From the NCBI RefSeq assembly GCF_009914755.1, contig NC_060927.1: DNA of 64,000 bases; one strand, written 5' to 3'. Each line of letters opens with the position of its first letter. Position 1 is the stretch's first letter. The notes beneath the pieces were generated by a model that saw nothing but the letters and a program-made list of their open reading frames with translations, was not told the origin of the DNA and made no database searches. Source of the DNA: the human T2T-CHM13v2.0 reference genome, Homo sapiens. Both the position numbers and the translations under genes were made by a program. Positions 59,193 through 64,000 of the stretch are shown in pieces.

Positions 59193-59619
59193 CTATCTTA
59201 TTTTTATTATCAAAAAAGTGGAAGAAAATATATTCCACAAACTATCAACAGCGTGAGCATGATACTAGTCTTAGCTAAGAATCCAAATCATATTTTTAAA
59301 TGATTTTAAAATAAAAATCACATATCATCTCATTATCCAACTATAATGACAATTAACATTTTGCTGTAAATTCTTTCTAGAATGTATCCATATATATGTA
59401 GGCATCTCTTTAAAAAAAAATTTCAAATTTGTTTTAGCTCTTTTTGTCTTTTTTTCACTTAGCAGTATATGGTGAGCATTATTTGGTGTTACTAAACATT
59501 CCTCAATACCAGCAAAACAATACTGTTTTCCCTGGTTACCTAGTATTTTATTGTGTAAATAGACATAATTTATTGACAGTTCCCTCTGCTGTTGTTTATC
59601 TTTAAAATCCATCTCTTGC

Positions 59620-60370
59620 AACTCAAAACCACAATGAGATGCCATCTCACACCAGTCAGAATGGTTATTATTAAAAAGTTCAAAAAAACCAAAACAGATG
59701 CTAGTAAGGTTGTGGAGAAAAGGGAATACTTAAACACTGTTGTTGGGAGTGTAAATTAGTTCAACCATTGTGGAAAGCAGTATGCAGATTCTTCAAAGAG
59801 CTAAAAGCAGAACTACCATTGGACCCAGCAATCCCATTACTGGGTATGTACCCAGAGGAATAGAATTCATTTGACCATAAAGACACATGTGTGCAAATGT
59901 TCACTGCAGCACTATTCACAATAGCAAAGACATGGAATGAGCATAAATGCTCATCAGTGACAGATTGGATAAAGAAAATGTGGTACATATACACCATGGA
60001 ATATATACAGTGATAAAAAGAACGCGATATGTCTTTTGCAGGAACATGGATGCAGGAACATGGATGGATACTTAGCAAAGTAACGCAGGAACAGAAAACC
60101 AAATGCTACATGTTCTCACTTACAAGTGGGAGCTAAATGATAAGAACTTAAAGAACTTATGAACACAAAGAAGGAAACAACAGACACGGATTCTACTTGA
60201 GTGGGGAGGGTGGGAGGAAGGAGATGAGCAGGAAAGATAACTATTGGGTACTGGGCTTAATACCTGGGTGATGAAATAATCTGTACAACAACCCCCCATG
60301 ACACAAGTTTACCTACCTAACAAACCTGCACATATATCCCTGAACCTAAAATAAAAGTTAAAAAATAAAT
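59620..60370 (+). mobile_element. L1PA/L1PB 3' fragment
   Basis: CAAAACCACAATGAGATGCCATCTCACACCAGTCAGAATGG...CCTAAAATAAAAGTTAAA. Confidence 0.9.
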
Positions 60371-61375
60371 AAGTCAATAAAATTCATTTCTAACAGAAAC
60401 TATGACTTTTACTATTTTTGCTTTGAGGAACCTGCTGAGGTTTTATGTATAACCTGATGCAAAATTAATTTTTATAAATGTTCTACGAGCCCTAGAAAAT
60501 AAATTTTATTATGTGCTTTGGATATTACGCAGCATATAATTTTTTCAGTAGTATTCATTATATTACACAATTCCTGTATTTATATTATGTTTTGTTTGTT
60601 TACTTGATATGTGAAAGCCTGAGAGTGGTGTTTTGATATCTTCCACCTCTATCGTGTTTCCATCAGTTTGGGGTGCAATATTAATTGATGTACATATTTC
60701 CATGGCCATTATATCTTCACTGTGAATTTGATTCTTCACTTATAGAAAACAATCCTCATTGTATTATTTAATGATATTTGTCATGAATTGCATTGTCTTA
60801 TATCAATAAAATGACTTCTGCTTTAGTTTTTGTGGCATCTCCCTGCTATACCTTTTCTCAGTGTTTTAATTTTTGCACAACACTTTGTTTTAAGGGTTCC
60901 TATGGTAAACAACATAGAGCTGAATTTTCATTTTTGATCCAATATGAAGACTTTTATTAAAAATGAGTGATTTAGCTTACTTATGTTAATTGTTATAACT
61001 GAGTTGTTTGGTGTCTTCATTTTCATGCTCTATTTTATTATCATTTTAATGCTTCCTTACTGTCTCCTTTGTTTAATTAATATTTAGTTTGCTGCATAGA
61101 GTTTGTTTTCTTAGACCCCCTTGATTCAGAAGGTGGGTTATTGAAAACTCTGTAACTATTGTCTTCTAAATTTAAGTGTCAGGAATGAAATGACAGTCTC
61201 ATAATTGAACCAAGGAATTCAGAATATTTTATTTTCACTGTCTTATCCTTTCAGACAAACACCAGTCTTTTCAGGCTTTGAAAATTATTATCTGGGGTTT
61301 TAGGCCCAAATTTTTCTCAGGATTTTTTGTATCAATGCATATCTACTGTTTGAATATATTTTACTTTTGCATATA

Positions 61376-61672
61376 GTTTTGTTTTGTTTTGTTTTTGAGA
61401 CCGAGTCTCGCTCTGTCGCCCAGGCTGGAGTGCAGTGGCGCGATCTCAGCTCACTGCAACCTCCGCCTCATGAGTTCAAGCAATTCTCTGCCTCAGCCTC
61501 CTGAGTAGCTGGGATTACAGGTGCCCGCCACCACGCCTGGCTAATTTTTGTATTTTTAATAGCGATGGGGTTTCACCATCTTGGCCAGGCTAGTCTTGAA
61601 CTCCTGACCTCATGATCCACCTGCCTCGGCCTCCCAAAGTGCTGGGATTACAGGCTGAGCCACTGCCCCTCA
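61376..61672 (-). mobile_element. Alu (AluSg-like) with (TTTTG)n tail
   Basis: Antisense dimer. Confidence 0.93.
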
Positions 61673-62264
61673 CCTTGTATACAGTTTTAAAACTTGATGT
61701 ACAAATTATTAGTTAGATGTCTTTTTTAATTTGCTTCAGTACTAGTTGCCTATCTTTTACACTGTCACTTCCTTCACATGCTTGGTTTGACTTTTGATAG
61801 AATACTCTGCTCATTAATTGCAGCTAGTGAATTTTAATTCTGCTGTTGTGCTTCAATTTCCTTGCAGTCCGTCCATATTTCATTCACATCTTTGAATACC
61901 ATTTTTCATTTTCATCTCAGCTTTATTCTTATTGTCTTTTGATTTGTAAAGACCATGCCCTCTAGTGCCCTCTTATGAGGATTCTAGTCTACTAAAATAT
62001 TCTTTTAGGCCCAGCTGGAGTAACTCATTTTCATTTCATATGCTATTATTTACTCCCTTATTTTACATTTCCTTTAATTCCTATATGTTTTACTCTTTAT
62101 TCATTCTTAAAGAAGGAAGCATTCTATAAACTTGGTGCTTGTCAAACAACAGGTCTTTTTGGTCTTGTTCTCACTGAATGCTGAAATCAATAATGGTGAG
62201 TGGATGTACACAGGTCTTAGACCTACATCAAATTTCAAGAATAGATTATCCTAGAGTAACTATG

Positions 62265-62291
62265 CTATACTATACTATACTATACTATACT
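62265..62291. repeat. (CTATA)5 pentanucleotide repeat
   Basis: Read directly. Confidence 0.9.
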
Positions 62292-62775
62292 CAGTTTTAT
62301 TTGCCTCTTACTGCCAGAACAAGTTCTACATTTTTTGAAATGTATCATAATTTTTTTACGATGGGATCAAAATATCTCAATATTTCATAAACATTTTAAT
62401 AGATTTTTTCATTTCTTAAATGTAAAGTCCCATATATGTCCATTCCATCAAGCTCCTTATAGCCTTAAAACTTTTATACACTAATTTGTTTTTGGCACTC
62501 AATTTGTTGCAGATTGACAGATGTATGTTAGATTTTCCCTCTGCAATTGTGTTTTGACAATTTTATTGTATCATTTAATGATTTTTGTATTAAATTTTAC
62601 TTTTAGCTATAGTTTAATACTAATATCACCCTCCTTTCTTTTTGTTTGCATTTTCCTGATATATCTATGTCCCTTCATTTTTTATCCCTTTCTCTCCCAT
62701 TTTGTTTAAAACAGCATATATTTAGAATTGGGTTTTGACCAATGCGTGGTTCTTTGTCTTTTAATAGAAATGATT

Positions 62776-63079
<304 letters not shown>

Positions 63080-63187
63080 GGAAATGATTAAACCATTCAC
63101 ACTTAATGTGGTATGTTTGACCTGGCTTCTATCATCTTATTTTATACTTTTTATATTAATGTTTCCTTGCTATTTCCTTTTTTACGT

Positions 63188-63491
63188 ATTTTTTTTCTTT
63201 TCTTTTTTTGAGGCAGAGTCTCACCGTGTTGCTCAAGCTGGAAGTGCAGTGGCACAATCTTGGCTCACTGCAACATCTGCCTCCTGGGTTCAAGTGTTCT
63301 CCTGCCTCAGCCTCCTGAGTAGCTGGGATTATAGATGCCCACCACCACGCTAGGCTAATTTTTGTATTTTTAGTAGAGACCAGGTTTCACCATGTCAGCC
63401 AGGCTGGTCTCAAACTCCTGACCTCAAGTGATCCACCCACCTTGGCCTCCTGAAGCGCTGGGATTACAGGCATGAGCCTCCGCACCCAGCC
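63188..63491 (-). mobile_element. Alu (AluSx-like)
   Basis: Antisense dimer within T-rich old L1 sequence. Confidence 0.92.
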
Positions 63492-64000
63492 CTTTTTTAG
63501 TTTTCATTCTTGGCTATAATGTTCCAAATCTTCCTCCTAATTTTGAAGTTAAGCATGGTATTTCTAGTTTTATATTCATCTACTGTCTTCTTATTTAAAA
63601 ATGTATTTAAACCTGTATTTTTCTGTGTTCAGCAATGAAACAATATTCAATGTTTCCCACAGCACAAAATGAGACATTCAGCACATCAAGGTTTTTTGCC
63701 TTGAGTAATCTGAGTTTTTAGCCCCACATTATTATCATTAAGTTTCTTATGTATCTTCTTTGTTGAGAGTAATTTTGGCAGTTGCATTGTTTCCTGACTA
63801 TATTAATAACATGTAAATACTAAGTCTATGTTTGTGTGGGTTTATTATTCACGCCACAGCTTTGATATCACATCTTTTCCATTCCCAAGCTTTAATGTTA
63901 ATTTCTCTGTTGACCAGAATAGTTTGAGTAAATACATTTTTTAATAAAGGATTTTAGTGGCCTACTTGCTGGGTGCTTTTTTTTTTTTTTTTTTCCTTGT

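Larger units (their letters stand above)
56720..59290 (+). mobile_element. CR1/L3 LINE relic interrupted by FLAM, L1PA2 and Alu
   Basis: Collinear hand-translated motifs: FLDH (56841), LHL (56901), IMSIFYRPLGH (57922), LILTNRKTLLGE...LGETSH (58214), [12 protein letters not shown] (58809), PEDQKQANL (58862), NY-VSM (59240). Confidence 0.75.

Noticed and set aside
60038-60065. Short tandem duplication GCAGGAACATGGAT x2 inside an L1 (also CTGAAAAA x3 near 40873)
   Set aside because: Ordinary slippage within dead L1 copies

Overview
Primate, almost certainly human, genomic DNA (contains a consensus-perfect AluYb8). It covers the 5' half of DGKG (diacylglycerol kinase gamma) on the minus strand. 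Six coding exons join through GT-AG junctions with consistent phases: 36001-36067 (start ATG), 22521-22597, 13750-13915, 13107-13169, 4383-4553 and 320-369. Together they encode residues 1-198 (N-terminal recoverin-homology region and start of the first EF-hand). The non-coding first exon and promoter appear to lie beyond the right edge. The rest is intron: about 24 Alu/FLAM copies, L1, L2, MIR, MER5, MaLR LTRs and microsatellites. Nearly all ORFs in the supplied track are Alu/L1/microsatellite noise. I found no evidence of a novel multi-gene system. The most notable observations are a long CR1/L3 relic with ORF1, endonuclease and RT motifs still legible, a pristine AluYb8, a 5'-inverted L1PA2, a tail-less Alu, a 57-bp duplication with a templated junction, two uORFs, and several splicing-regulation hypotheses. 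Exon coordinates are exact; boundaries and subfamily calls for old repeats are by eye and approximate. Exon numbers assume one upstream non-coding exon.
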